Source: an uncultured delta proteobacterium (GTDB lineage: Bacteria > Desulfobacterota > Binatia > UBA9968). From it: a stretch of DNA of 64,000 bases. The DNA lies in the NCBI GenBank assembly GCA_963755715.1, contig CAVWLW010000013.1:28327-92326 (forward strand), in the 5' to 3' direction. A program made the position numbers and the translations under genes. Under the pieces are notes generated by a model. The model made no database searches, was not told where the DNA came from, and worked only from the letters and a program-made list of their open reading frames with translations. Numbering within the stretch: the stretch's first letter is position 1; each line of letters begins with the position of its first letter. This document shows, piece by piece, positions 31,700-41,500 of the stretch.

Positions 31700-32697
31700 C
31701 GGTTGTAGAGTTGTTTGATGAAACCAGTTGCTTCGATTTCCCGCACCAGGCTCGGATCGACGAAAGCGCGCGCGTCTGCGGCAGCGGCCCGCGGATCGCG
31801 CGGGGCGAGATCATCGAGCGCGGTCTTTACGCCTTCCGGCGTCGGCAGCAAATTATCCGGATACGCCGCCGTGTAAGCCTGCCAAGCGCGCTCGAGACCC
31901 TCTTGATCGGAGACCTTCAAGTATTTTCCCCAAATCGCTTTCGACTCTTCTTTGTGGGTTTTGTTGAAATGGATTGCCTCGATCATGGCGCGGGCGAATT
32001 TCAAAAGTAGAGGACGTTTCGCCTTTACGATCGCTTCGCGCGACAGGACGCTGTTCCACCAGAAGGGAATTTTCAGCGAGCCGATATCGAAGAGATCGCG
32101 AAATCCCAGTTGCAACGCTTGGCGCACGAACGGCTCAGGGATAATCGTGAAGTTGATCACACCCTTCGATAGCGCCGCAAAACGCTCCGGGTTGCCGCCG
32201 GCGGTGATGACCTTCGCATCTTTGTCCGGATCGATTCCCAATCGTCTGAGCGCAAAGCGCAGGCCGAGATCGGAAGTGCTGCCGATCCGGTTGACGCCGC
32301 CGATCTTGCCCTTGAGTTGTTCGGGACGGGTAATATTCTGCTCCGTGATAATGTGATCGACGAAGGTGCGGACCATGCCTAGTATCATTACCGTGTCCGC
32401 TCCCGCCAACCGGGAACTCACGAGCGTGGCGACAGAGGTCGCAGCGACATCGATCTCACCCGCCAGTAAAGCTTGCAAGACGATCGGGCTCGCGCTGATG
32501 GCGATGATCTCGGGATCGACACCGTATTTTTGCAGCAACCGCTTTTCTTGCAGCACCCAGACGGCCGCGTTGGCCGGACTCGCACCGGACCAGGCGATGC
32601 GGATTTTTTCTTGGGCGAAAACGGGGTCGATTGTTTGCAGCCATGAAGCGATGACGCAAGAGTTATGAAGCAAAAACTTACCGGCCACGATTTTCAC
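31696..32697 (-). CDS. NitT/TauT substrate-binding protein
   Basis: AQEKIRIAWS, QLKGKIGGVNRIGSTSD and VREIEATGFIKQLY. Confidence 0.88.
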   Translation of the reverse strand: MKIVAGKFLLHNSCVIASWLQTIDPVFAQEKIRIAWSGASPANAAVWVLQEKRLLQKYGVDPEIIAISASPIVLQALLAGEIDVAATSVATLVSSRLAGADTVMILGMVRTFVDHIITEQNITRPEQLKGKIGGVNRIGSTSDLGLRFALRRLGIDPDKDAKVITAGGNPERFAALSKGVINFTIIPEPFVRQALQLGFRDLFDIGSLKIPFWWNSVLSREAIVKAKRPLLLKFARAMIEAIHFNKTHKEESKAIWGKYLKVSDQEGLERAWQAYTAAYPDNLLPTPEGVKTALDDLAPRDPRAAAADARAFVDPSLVREIEATGFIKQLYNR

Positions 32698-33432
32698 CTA
32701 GCCCGGCATTTCCGCAAGCAATCGCCCGTAGCCCGGGATCGGATGGCGCAGACCGAGACACAGTTGTGTTCCCCAGGCGCGGGCGGGGCCGGCGTGGACG
32801 ACGGTTAGACCGGTGTCTTTTTCCAGGCGGTCGATGATTTCGACGGTTTTCCAGGCGGAGCCGAGCATGTAGATGCCGTCGGCATCTTTGTGCTTTGCGG
32901 CGATGCGTTTCATGAATTCAAGTATTTGCTCGGGCGGCACACTTGGAACGGCGGCGAAGGGCGAATCGATGCCTTCCATCGCCAGTACTTGAAATCCGGC
33001 ATCGGTGAAATAGCGAGCGAAGACGTTGTTCATTTTCTCCGGGAAATAACTGGCGCCGACAAATTTCTTGATACCGAGCGTGCGCAAAGCACGGACGTGA
33101 TTCTGTCCCGAGGTAAACATCGGCACGTTGTACTTCTTCTCCCAGCTGCTGATCAGATCCTGTTCTTTCTGATAGCCGAGCAACATGAACGGCGGCGCAC
33201 CGCTCGGGCGGACGAGGTCTGCGCCCATTTTGGCGAACTCCGCCGCTTTCGCTTCATAGCCCGGCATGGACGTGCTGAACTCTTCTTCGGTGCCGCGGGT
33301 GAAGTTCATCGTCGAAGATAAAAATTTGATTTTCGCCGGTATCAACGTGTCGAGATCGAGCTCCTGACCCGCTTCGGGCCGATTGGTGGGTCGGACGGTG
33401 CCCACGAGGTATTCCTTTTGATCTTCAGCCAT
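32698..33432 (-). CDS. Maleate isomerase/arylmalonate decarboxylase-like protein
   Basis: VGTVRPT, SGAPPF, GIYMLGSAW and IPGYGRLL. Confidence 0.82.
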   Translation of the reverse strand: MAEDQKEYLVGTVRPTNRPEAGQELDLDTLIPAKIKFLSSTMNFTRGTEEEFSTSMPGYEAKAAEFAKMGADLVRPSGAPPFMLLGYQKEQDLISSWEKKYNVPMFTSGQNHVRALRTLGIKKFVGASYFPEKMNNVFARYFTDAGFQVLAMEGIDSPFAAVPSVPPEQILEFMKRIAAKHKDADGIYMLGSAWKTVEIIDRLEKDTGLTVVHAGPARAWGTQLCLGLRHPIPGYGRLLAEMPG

Positions 33433-33575
33433 GATTTTTCTCCTTTGCAGATATTTCAATGTCTATTGTGACCGGATCTAACCACTTGTGCAGAGTTGGC
33501 GTCAAGCGCCGTGACCCCGATAACTGGACAATCTGGCGGGAGACAATTATTATTCGGAGGCTTCCAGGCAAGCGA

Positions 33576-34628
33576 ATGTCTCGAATGGACCAAAGAATTA
33601 TGCGAGTCGGATTTATCGGCCTCGGCCGCATGGGTGGGCCGATGGCCATCAACATTCTGCATGCATCTGCGCTTTTGTTGTTCCTCCTTTTCGCGTGCTT
33701 GCAAGAGGGATTGGCAGAGACCGTCAAAATCGCCATACCAAGCACAACGCAGGCCGTGCTGCCGTTCACGATCGCGCGCGATAAAGGCTACTATCGCGCC
33801 GAAGGGTTGGACGTCGAGCTCATTCTAGTGAGTGCGCCGATCGCCAGCCGCGCCTTGTTGAGCGGCGACGTCACGGTCGCTACTGTGGGAGGCGCGGGGC
33901 TACCACCCGTTTTGCGTGGTTCGCCTTTCAAGTTTTTGTTTACGACCTACAACCGGGCGATGTTTTGGCTCTATGCCAAGTCGGAGATTCGCGACGTCAA
34001 AGCTTTGAAAGGTAAACGAGTCGGTGTCTCCGGTATCGGCAGTGGACCCGACTCGCTGCTACGGGAAATCTTGCGGCAAAATAGCCTCGACCCAAATCGT
34101 GACGTCACGGTGCTGAGTCTCGGCGTGATGCCGACGATCTTTTCCGGGCTGCAAAGCGGGATCGTCGATGCCGCGATGCTTGCGCCGCCGGTTACGTTTA
34201 AGGCTCACGAGTCTGGGTTTCGCGAGCTGGTTTCTTTCCCGAAGCAGGATTTGGTTGAGCTACAGGGCAGCGTTCTAGTCAGAGACGCGTCGTTGCAATC
34301 CGATGCCGCGCAGATGGAGAAATTTCTCCGCGGCACGTACAAGGGATTTCTTCACATCAAAGACAATCGCGCAGCGACGATTCCCTTCATCGCACGTTAT
34401 TTGCAAGTTAATGACAGAGTCGCTGCTACCGCGTACGATCAAGTCGTGAGGCCTGCGATGACTCAAGACGGAACGCTGAGCGCGGAGATGCAAGCGAAAG
34501 CGGTCGAGCATGTGCTGAAACGCCTCGACCTCAAGGAGGCGCCGCCGTTGGCAAAGATTTTCGATTTTTCACTGACGCGGAAAGTTATGACAGAATTGCA
34601 ATCGAAGAATTGGCGGTCCGGAGCTTAG
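33576..34628 (+). CDS. NitT/TauT substrate-binding protein with an N-terminal Rossmann-motif fragment
   Basis: KGYYRAEGLDVEL and LKGKRVGVSGIGS; the N-terminus reads MRVGFIGLGRMGGPMA. Start uncertain. Confidence 0.85.
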   Translation: MSRMDQRIMRVGFIGLGRMGGPMAINILHASALLLFLLFACLQEGLAETVKIAIPSTTQAVLPFTIARDKGYYRAEGLDVELILVSAPIASRALLSGDVTVATVGGAGLPPVLRGSPFKFLFTTYNRAMFWLYAKSEIRDVKALKGKRVGVSGIGSGPDSLLREILRQNSLDPNRDVTVLSLGVMPTIFSGLQSGIVDAAMLAPPVTFKAHESGFRELVSFPKQDLVELQGSVLVRDASLQSDAAQMEKFLRGTYKGFLHIKDNRAATIPFIARYLQVNDRVAATAYDQVVRPAMTQDGTLSAEMQAKAVEHVLKRLDLKEAPPLAKIFDFSLTRKVMTELQSKNWRSGA

Positions 34629-34667
34629 ATTGCCGGATTACCACGAAGGCAAAGCGAACATTTTGCG

Positions 34668-35624
34668 ATGGCTTTAAAACTCGGCATGACGTGCGCTCTC
34701 TACGATCGGAGCCAGCCGCTTGTCGATGGCCGGATCAAACCGCGCGACATCGATCTGGATATACGCGTCAATTCCGATGACCGCAGCCGGCAGCGCGACG
34801 CGCGCGAAGGCAAATTTGATATCGCGGAATTTTTCACCGGCATTTACATGGCGGACCTGGAATATAAAACGCTCGGGCTCACGGCGATTCCGATCTTCGT
34901 CAAACGCATGTTTCGCCATTCTTACATCTACGTCAACAAACATGCCGCAATTCGTTCTCCGAAGGATCTCGAGGGCAAGCGCATCGGGGTCCAGACCTGG
35001 TTCACCACGACGGCTCTCTGGGCGCGCGGTATCTTAGAGGATGAATACGGCGTTGATCTTAGATCGATTCATTGGGTCGCCAATTGGGCAGAAAAGATCG
35101 GTGACTGGCAACCGCCATCTTGGCTGAAGCTCGAAATCGCGCCTCAGGGCGCCAAGCTTCACGATCTCCTCATCACGGGGAAGATTGATGCCGGCATAAC
35201 GACGGAAACCTGGGCGCCGTTCGGCCATCCGGACATAGATTTTTTGCTGCCGAATTATGCCGCGGAGGAGCGGGCTTATTTTAAAAAGACCGGTTTTTTT
35301 CCGATCCAGCACACTCTGGTGATTAAAAACGCGGTGCTCGAAAAATATCCGTGGGTGGCGCTGAGTATGTTCGACGCCTGGCAGGAATCGAAGCAAGAAT
35401 GTTATCGCTGGCTCGATCGGCAACGAGTGCACCAGACCGGGTTGTGGTATCGATCGCTTTGGGAAGAGGAGCGCGCGATTGCCGGTGCGGATCCGTATGT
35501 GTGGGGATTCAAAAAACGCGCGCCGAAGTGGACAAGATGCTCGACTATACGTTTCTGCCAGGGCTTGGTATCGCGGAGATTTCAGCCTGAGGATGTGTTT
35601 CATCCAAGCACGTTGGATACATGA
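34668..35624 (+). CDS. 4,5-dihydroxyphthalate decarboxylase family protein
   Basis: YDRSQPLVDGRI, AIPIFVKRMFRHS, TTALWARGIL and TGFFPIQH. Confidence 0.88.
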   Translation: MALKLGMTCALYDRSQPLVDGRIKPRDIDLDIRVNSDDRSRQRDAREGKFDIAEFFTGIYMADLEYKTLGLTAIPIFVKRMFRHSYIYVNKHAAIRSPKDLEGKRIGVQTWFTTTALWARGILEDEYGVDLRSIHWVANWAEKIGDWQPPSWLKLEIAPQGAKLHDLLITGKIDAGITTETWAPFGHPDIDFLLPNYAAEERAYFKKTGFFPIQHTLVIKNAVLEKYPWVALSMFDAWQESKQECYRWLDRQRVHQTGLWYRSLWEEERAIAGADPYVWGFKKRAPKWTRCSTIRFCQGLVSRRFQPEDVFHPSTLDT

Positions 35625-35648
35625 GCGAAAATTTAACGAGGGTCTAAA

Positions 35649-36782
35649 ATGGAATTTAGCGAAGTAGTTCACACCGGGCCGGGAACATTGGCCGGCCGTT
35701 ATTTGCGAATGTTTTGGCAGCCGGTTTGTTGTGCCTACGAGCTGGCGTCAGGCCGAGCGCTGCCGGTCCGAATCTTGGGTGAAGACTTCACGGTCTATCG
35801 CGGCGACAGCGGCATTCCTCACCTGGTGGGGCCGCGTTGCGCGCACCGCGGCACGCAACTTTCTGTCGGTTCGGTCGAAGGCGAATGTATCCGCTGTTTT
35901 TATCATGGCTGGAAATACGACGGCTCGGGGCAATGCGTCGAGCAGCCTGCGGAAGGACAATCGTTCGCGGAAAAGGTCCGCATCCCGAGCTATCGGGTGC
36001 AAGAATACATCGGCCTCGTCTTCGCGTATTTGGGCGAAGGCGAGCCGCCGCCTTTGCCGCGTTATCCAAGATTTGAAAGCGCCGATATTTCCCTCGACGT
36101 CGCCGGGCTCAAACGCATCTGCAATTACTTCAACAACATTGACAACTCCTTAGACAGCGTCCACGTGCGCTTCGTGCACCAACGGCATCGCGACTCGGTG
36201 GACGATCACGTCGTGCTTGGCGATCCGGTCATTTCCGTCGAAGAGTCGGATTGGGGCGTCAAACGTTATGTCCAATATCCCGACGGCAAGGACGTGACGT
36301 TTTTCTTCGGCATGCCGAACATCAACTTCATCAACGGCCAAGTGGTCGATCCGGTGATCAAGCGGGCCAACGTGATTGTATTCAAGGTTCCCGTGGACGA
36401 CGAAAACCATATTCACTTCGAAGTCCGCGCTATTCCGCTTACAGGCGAACGCGGCCGTGCGTGGATCGAAGAGCGCCGGGAGCTGCGTACACAGGCAGAA
36501 AGAGACCGGCCGGAGCTCGTCCGGGCGATTATTTCCGGAAAACTTCGGCTCAGCGACGTGGATCCAAACCGCGTCGATTTCGTCATGTTGGAAGACGAAG
36601 TCGCCCAGACCGGCCAGGGAGCGATCGCCGTGCGTAGTAACGAACACCTCGGCCGCAGCGACCGCGGCGTTTTTCTATTGCGCAAGATTTGGGAACGTGA
36701 GCTAAGAAACTTAGCGGAAGGCAGGCCGCTCAAGCAATGGACTTACCGGCCGGATATGGTGCCAACGTATCCAAGCATGTAA
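35649..36782 (+). CDS. Rieske non-heme iron oxygenase (phthalate 4,5-dioxygenase-like)
   Basis: TGPGTLAGRYLRMFWQP, Rieske ligands CAHRG and CFYHGW, DSVHVRFVH, and EHLGRSDRGV. Confidence 0.92.
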   Translation: MEFSEVVHTGPGTLAGRYLRMFWQPVCCAYELASGRALPVRILGEDFTVYRGDSGIPHLVGPRCAHRGTQLSVGSVEGECIRCFYHGWKYDGSGQCVEQPAEGQSFAEKVRIPSYRVQEYIGLVFAYLGEGEPPPLPRYPRFESADISLDVAGLKRICNYFNNIDNSLDSVHVRFVHQRHRDSVDDHVVLGDPVISVEESDWGVKRYVQYPDGKDVTFFFGMPNINFINGQVVDPVIKRANVIVFKVPVDDENHIHFEVRAIPLTGERGRAWIEERRELRTQAERDRPELVRAIISGKLRLSDVDPNRVDFVMLEDEVAQTGQGAIAVRSNEHLGRSDRGVFLLRKIWERELRNLAEGRPLKQWTYRPDMVPTYPSM

Positions 36783-36831
36783 GGATACGTCGGACGTTTT
36801 GTGCTAGAAGAAAGCGTATCGAAAATCATGA

Positions 36832-37043
36832 TTAGAGCGCGTCCCATTCGTTTTCTGACAGTCCAGCTTGTTTGAGAATCGAGCGAATTACTGTCGCGGG
36901 CACATCGCCGGGGTGAATCGGTACAGTTACACCGCGATTTGCTTTGATATACCTCGCGTGACTTCCTTTTTGTCGGTAAGCGCAAATCCGGCTTTTTCCA
37001 ACTTGCGGATTACTTCACGCGGCCGTAAGGGTTTAAGCGGCAT
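36832..37043 (-). CDS. hicA: HicA family toxin; 1-nt frameshift
   Basis: MPLKPLRPREVIRKLEKAGF, then in the shifted frame RQKGSHARY...VTVPIHPGDVPATVIRSILKQAGL. Absent from the ORF track. Confidence 0.85.
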
Positions 37044-37278
37044 GAGCGCGAAGCTTTACGCGCAAATAGAAGCCTTCTTTGGTGTGGCGTTCTTTCGGAA
37101 TCCTCTTGCCCTCCTTCTGAAGGGATTCGAGGTGAAACCGGAGCATTTCGTCGAGATTTGATAATGCATCTGCGAGATCTTTACCATAGTCAGCGATGCC
37201 TAAAGAAGGAATCTGGGCGACGAGTTGCCCCGTGTCTGAATCACGAGTCACCGAAACGCGATAGTCTAGAAACTTCAT
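37033..37278 (-). CDS. hicB: Short HicB family antitoxin
   Basis: 81 aa; YRVSVTRD...AQIPSLGIADYGKDLADALSNLDEML...EGKRIP; overlaps the hicA start. Confidence 0.85.
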   Translation of the reverse strand: MKFLDYRVSVTRDSDTGQLVAQIPSLGIADYGKDLADALSNLDEMLRFHLESLQKEGKRIPKERHTKEGFYLRVKLRAHAA

Positions 37279-37346
37279 TTGAACTCCAGCGGGTTTTTAT
37301 TCTAACGAGCGCAATCATCGAAGGCAAATGAGACAGCGCGTTTCGG

Positions 37347-38339
37347 CTACGCTGCCTCTTCCGGCGCCCCGCCTGATTTTGCCAGGTCTTCGACCTTAAT
37401 TTTTTCGACATTCATTTTCTCTGCAGCCTTCGTCATTCGATCCAACACTTCATCGAAGCTCAGCGGCGCAGCGTCTTTGGGGCGGAAACGGATTGGGTTG
37501 ATGCGCGCGACGACGAAGCTTTTCAGATAGGGGCTAGTGAGACCTTTGGCTTTGAGCGCTTCGACTTTTTCGATGACGGTCCTATCTAAATCCATCAGCG
37601 CCTTGGCTCGTTCGCGGCGGATTTCCAACGAGGACTGGAGCGGCTTCTTTAGGAACTGATCGGAGCGTTTGAGGATCGGATGATAGGCGCCGCCGCTGAA
37701 GCGGCCGTTTTCGAGATAGCAGAGGCCGAGCGTGATCAGCGCGGCTTCTTCGAATTCGAGCGCGTAGGTTTCTTCGGTCGCATTATCGAGCGTCGCAAGC
37801 TCCTGATACATTTTGATCACTTCTAGAGCGCGCTCGCGCAGGTTGTGCGCCTTCTCGGTATTGAGCGCGAGGATCTGATAGGCCGCGGAAGTTTCCGGTA
37901 CGACGATGCCGACGATGCATTTGGCGCCGAGGGTTTTCATTGCCGATAGGCGATGATTGCCGTTCGGCGTCCAGTAACGGGTATTGCTGTCTTTGGTCTC
38001 TTTGCGCACGACGATGATCGGGTCGAGAAAGCGGCCGAGCTTGGCAACCACGCCTTCAAGCTTGCGCACGTGCGTATCCGACAAATTGCGCTGATAGGGA
38101 GTCGGCTCGACTTGGTCGATCGGCAACGCCGCCAAGACCAGCCATTGCCCGCCGAAAGGTTCCCGGTACTTGGCGAGAACGTTGCCGCCGTCCTGGTCGA
38201 TGGCTTGCTCAAGGTCTTCTACCGCGGTCGGTGATGCGGTCGCCAGCAGTTCTCTGGCCGTGAGTCCGATGGATTGACCGGCGAGCTTGCGCCGTTTGCG
38301 CGGCGCGCCGGTTTTTTTCTTGGCTTTCTTTTCGGCCAT
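37347..38339 (-). CDS. ParB/Srx N-terminal domain protein
   Basis: VEPTPYQR, FLDPIIV, TPNGNHRL and ALNTEKAHNL. Confidence 0.85.
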   Translation of the reverse strand: MAEKKAKKKTGAPRKRRKLAGQSIGLTARELLATASPTAVEDLEQAIDQDGGNVLAKYREPFGGQWLVLAALPIDQVEPTPYQRNLSDTHVRKLEGVVAKLGRFLDPIIVVRKETKDSNTRYWTPNGNHRLSAMKTLGAKCIVGIVVPETSAAYQILALNTEKAHNLRERALEVIKMYQELATLDNATEETYALEFEEAALITLGLCYLENGRFSGGAYHPILKRSDQFLKKPLQSSLEIRRERAKALMDLDRTVIEKVEALKAKGLTSPYLKSFVVARINPIRFRPKDAAPLSFDEVLDRMTKAAEKMNVEKIKVEDLAKSGGAPEEAA

Positions 38340-38378
38340 TGGAGTCGTGCTCAAAAGTTCTGCTTAACACAGGATGGG

Positions 38379-39629
38379 CTATTCTTCCACGCGCCGCACG
38401 ACGGGTAAGAACAGCGCCACGATGAGCGCCATGCCGGCCACCATTGCGCCGCCAAAAGCGACCGCAAACTGCGCGCCCGCAAATTCCGCAATCGCTCCGG
38501 CGATCATTCCGCCCACGGGCATGAGCTCCCAGGCAAGACCATAAATACTCATCACGCGCCCACGCAGTTGATTCGGCAAGTTGACTTGCAAAATCGTGCT
38601 TATGGTTGTCATGTAAAATTGGCCGGCGATGCCGAGGACAAGAGCTAGCGTCAAGGAAAACGGATACGAGTTCGACAGCGCGAACGCGATGAGCAGAAAA
38701 CCAAAGACGGCGGCGCCAAAAATAGCCAGCAGTCCTTTTTTTCGGGAGTGAGAAAACCAAGCGACTGCGAGCACGCCGACGAGCGCTCCTGCGCCGCCAA
38801 CGCTTTGCAAAAACCCAAAGCCCTGGGAACCGACATGAAGCACGTTGCGGGCAAACACCGGCATGAGGATCAAATAGGACATGCCGAACACGCTGTTGAA
38901 AAAAATCATGCCGATAAAAGTGTAGTAGATTTGGTTTTGACGGATAAAATTGAGGCCCTCGGTCATATGCTGCAAGACGCCGCCGGTCGACGCTCTGTGC
39001 GGCAGCGGCTGGAGACGTATGCCCAACCACAAGCACACGGCGGAGAGCGAAGCGCAGAAACAAAAAAAATAGGTGGCACCGACGCCGAGCGAATAAATCA
39101 GCAGGCCCGCCACGGCCGGGCCGACGAGTCGGTTTACTTGCCAGATTGTGCCGCCGACGGCGACCGCATTCGGGATATCGTCTTTCGGCACCATCTGTGG
39201 TAGGAGCGCCATGCGGCTGGGCCTATCGAACGCGCGCACGCAGCCCGAAAGGAAAGCGAGGCTCATGACATGCCAGAGCGCCACCCATTCGAGGACGATT
39301 AGGGTGGCGAGCAGAAAAAACGTCGATGCAGAGATGCTCTGGGACAGAATCATGATGCGGCGGCGATCGGTGCGGTCGGCAATGACGCCACCTAACAGAG
39401 TCAGAGCTATCGTCGGCGCTGCGAAGCTCAAACCGGTGAGACCTAACAGCAGGGGCGAATCGGTCAGCTCGAGCACCAGCCAACTCTGCGCGACCCCTTC
39501 CATGTTCTGCGCCAGCACAGAGGAGAGCTGGCCGAACCAATAGAGCCGGTAATTGCGATGGCGCAGAGCGCTTAGCGCGCTGCGCAAGCGTTCACTGCCG
39601 GAGACTATGGCGACGGCGGCTTTTGACAT
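38379..39629 (-). CDS. MFS transporter
   Basis: ALRHRNYRLYW, GGVIADRTDRRR and LRGRVMSIY. Confidence 0.92.
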   Translation of the reverse strand: MSKAAVAIVSGSERLRSALSALRHRNYRLYWFGQLSSVLAQNMEGVAQSWLVLELTDSPLLLGLTGLSFAAPTIALTLLGGVIADRTDRRRIMILSQSISASTFFLLATLIVLEWVALWHVMSLAFLSGCVRAFDRPSRMALLPQMVPKDDIPNAVAVGGTIWQVNRLVGPAVAGLLIYSLGVGATYFFCFCASLSAVCLWLGIRLQPLPHRASTGGVLQHMTEGLNFIRQNQIYYTFIGMIFFNSVFGMSYLILMPVFARNVLHVGSQGFGFLQSVGGAGALVGVLAVAWFSHSRKKGLLAIFGAAVFGFLLIAFALSNSYPFSLTLALVLGIAGQFYMTTISTILQVNLPNQLRGRVMSIYGLAWELMPVGGMIAGAIAEFAGAQFAVAFGGAMVAGMALIVALFLPVVRRVEE

Positions 39630-39775
39630 TGATCTTTATCTATCTTTGCACCGATGGGAAATTTTGCCATTGTTCATAAATCCCGCGGCGCTGTCAAAGA
39701 GTTGTAGGACTTTTACCGTGGCGGATGCTACTTTTGACGCCGAGCGGACATCATAATTTAAAAGAGGGATCCCAC

Positions 39776-41128
39776 ATGGCCCAGTACGACTATGATCTTT
39801 TTACTATCGGCGCCGGCTCAGGCGGCGTCCGAGCGAGCCGGATGTCGGCGTCCTTCGGCGCCAAAGTGGCGATCGCTGAAGAGCTTTATCTCGGCGGCAC
39901 TTGCGTGAACGTCGGCTGTATTCCGAAAAAGCTGCTCGTCTACGCGTCGCATTACGCTGACGATTTCGACGACGCCGCGGGTTATGGCTGGACGGTCGGC
40001 GAGCGGCGCGTGGATTGGGCGCAATTGATCGCCAACAAGAACAAAGAAATCAGCCGGCTAAACGGCGTTTACCGAAAAGTTCTCAGCGACGCCGGTGTCA
40101 GGATCATTGACGGTCACGCCGAAGTCGTCGACCCGCACACGATTGCGATCGACGGTAAAAAAATCACCGCAAAATATATTTTGGTGGCCAGCGGCAGCTG
40201 GCCGGTCAAAGAAAAATTTCCCGGCTGCGAGCACGCGATCACTTCGAACGAAGCCTTTTTTCTCAAAGCTGCGCCGGCCAATGTGATCATCGTCGGTGGC
40301 GGCTATATCGGCGTCGAATTTGCCGGGATTTTCCACGGCCTTGGTATTCGCACCACGCAACTCTATCGCGGCGACTTGTTTTTGCGCGGCTTCGACGACG
40401 ATATTCGCGCGACGCTGGCAGACGAGATGCGGAAACGCGGCATCGATCTGCGGTTTTCAACCGGCATAACCAACATTGAAAAAGTCAGGGGCACCCTGCG
40501 GGCGACGCTCACAGACGACACCGTCATCGAAGCGGAGCAAATTCTCTACGCTACCGGGCGCGCGCCGAAAACGCGCGAGCTCGGTTTGGAAAAGGCCGGC
40601 GTGGAGCTGCGCGTGAACGGCGCGGTGATTGTCGATGAATATTCGAAATCGAATTTGGACAGCATTTACGCCATCGGCGATTGCACCGATCGCATGATGC
40701 TGACTCCCGTGGCCATCGCCGAAGGCATGGCGGTGGCCAATACGCTGTTCAATGACAAACCGATGCGGCCGGGCTATCTGAACGTGCCGACCGCCGTGTT
40801 CAGCACGCCCAATTGCGCCACGGTCGGTCTCACCGAACACCAGGCGCGACAAGCCGGCTACGACGTGGACATCTATAGAAGCTTTTTCAAGCCGCTTCGA
40901 CATACACTTAGCGGCCGCAACGAGCGAACCATGATGAAGCTGGTGGTCGATCGTTTGAGCGATCGGGTGCTCGGTTGCCATATGGTGGGCGCCGATGCCG
41001 GGGAGGTCATCCAAGGGCTGGCCGTCGCGCTCAATTGCGGCGCTACCAAGGCTCAATTCGACGAAACCATCGGCATTCATCCAACCGCGGCCGAGGAATT
41101 CGTAACCATGCGGGTCAAAATCGCCTGA
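39776..41128 (+). CDS. gor: Glutathione-disulfide reductase
   Basis: YDLFTIGAGSGG, GGTCVNVGCIPKKL, GGGYIGVE and IGIHPTAAEEFVTMR. Confidence 0.95.
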   Translation: MAQYDYDLFTIGAGSGGVRASRMSASFGAKVAIAEELYLGGTCVNVGCIPKKLLVYASHYADDFDDAAGYGWTVGERRVDWAQLIANKNKEISRLNGVYRKVLSDAGVRIIDGHAEVVDPHTIAIDGKKITAKYILVASGSWPVKEKFPGCEHAITSNEAFFLKAAPANVIIVGGGYIGVEFAGIFHGLGIRTTQLYRGDLFLRGFDDDIRATLADEMRKRGIDLRFSTGITNIEKVRGTLRATLTDDTVIEAEQILYATGRAPKTRELGLEKAGVELRVNGAVIVDEYSKSNLDSIYAIGDCTDRMMLTPVAIAEGMAVANTLFNDKPMRPGYLNVPTAVFSTPNCATVGLTEHQARQAGYDVDIYRSFFKPLRHTLSGRNERTMMKLVVDRLSDRVLGCHMVGADAGEVIQGLAVALNCGATKAQFDETIGIHPTAAEEFVTMRVKIA

Positions 41129-41427
41129 AAGATTTGCCTGTCTACTTGCGCCCCGTGACAGTTCTACAAGCATGGAGGCTTCGTGCCGGATCCGAACGCG
41201 ACGAACCAGGGATTGCGGCCGCTGAAGTTCCCGGAAGTCCGCTCGCGGATCAGCGCTAATCCGCCTTTGATTAGTTCGGGGGTCATCTTCCTAATTTGAC
41301 AGTCCGCGCTGATCGTTCAAAACATGGCTCCGCATGCGCAAGTGGGCGGCAACCGAGCCCGATTTTTCCCTACAAAAGGAAGTAGTAATCATTCTGCGTC
41401 AGACCATCGCTATCCCCTTTATAATAA

Positions 41428-41461
41428 GATCAAGCTGTTAGGCTCTGGCATTCTCGTTGCA
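41428..41461 (+). promoter_or_regulatory. Sigma54 (-24/-12) promoter with an adjacent IHF-like site
   Basis: TGGCAT-TCTCG-TTGCA at 41446-41461 and gATCAA-gctg-TTA at 41428-41440, 40 nt before the ATG at 41501. Confidence 0.7.
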
Positions 41462-41500
41462 CAGTCGAATCGATGAAACTGCGTCTGACGAAAGGAATAT

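Noticed and set aside
39734-39757. TTGACG...CATAAT as the gor promoter
   Set aside because: The spacer is only 12 nt.
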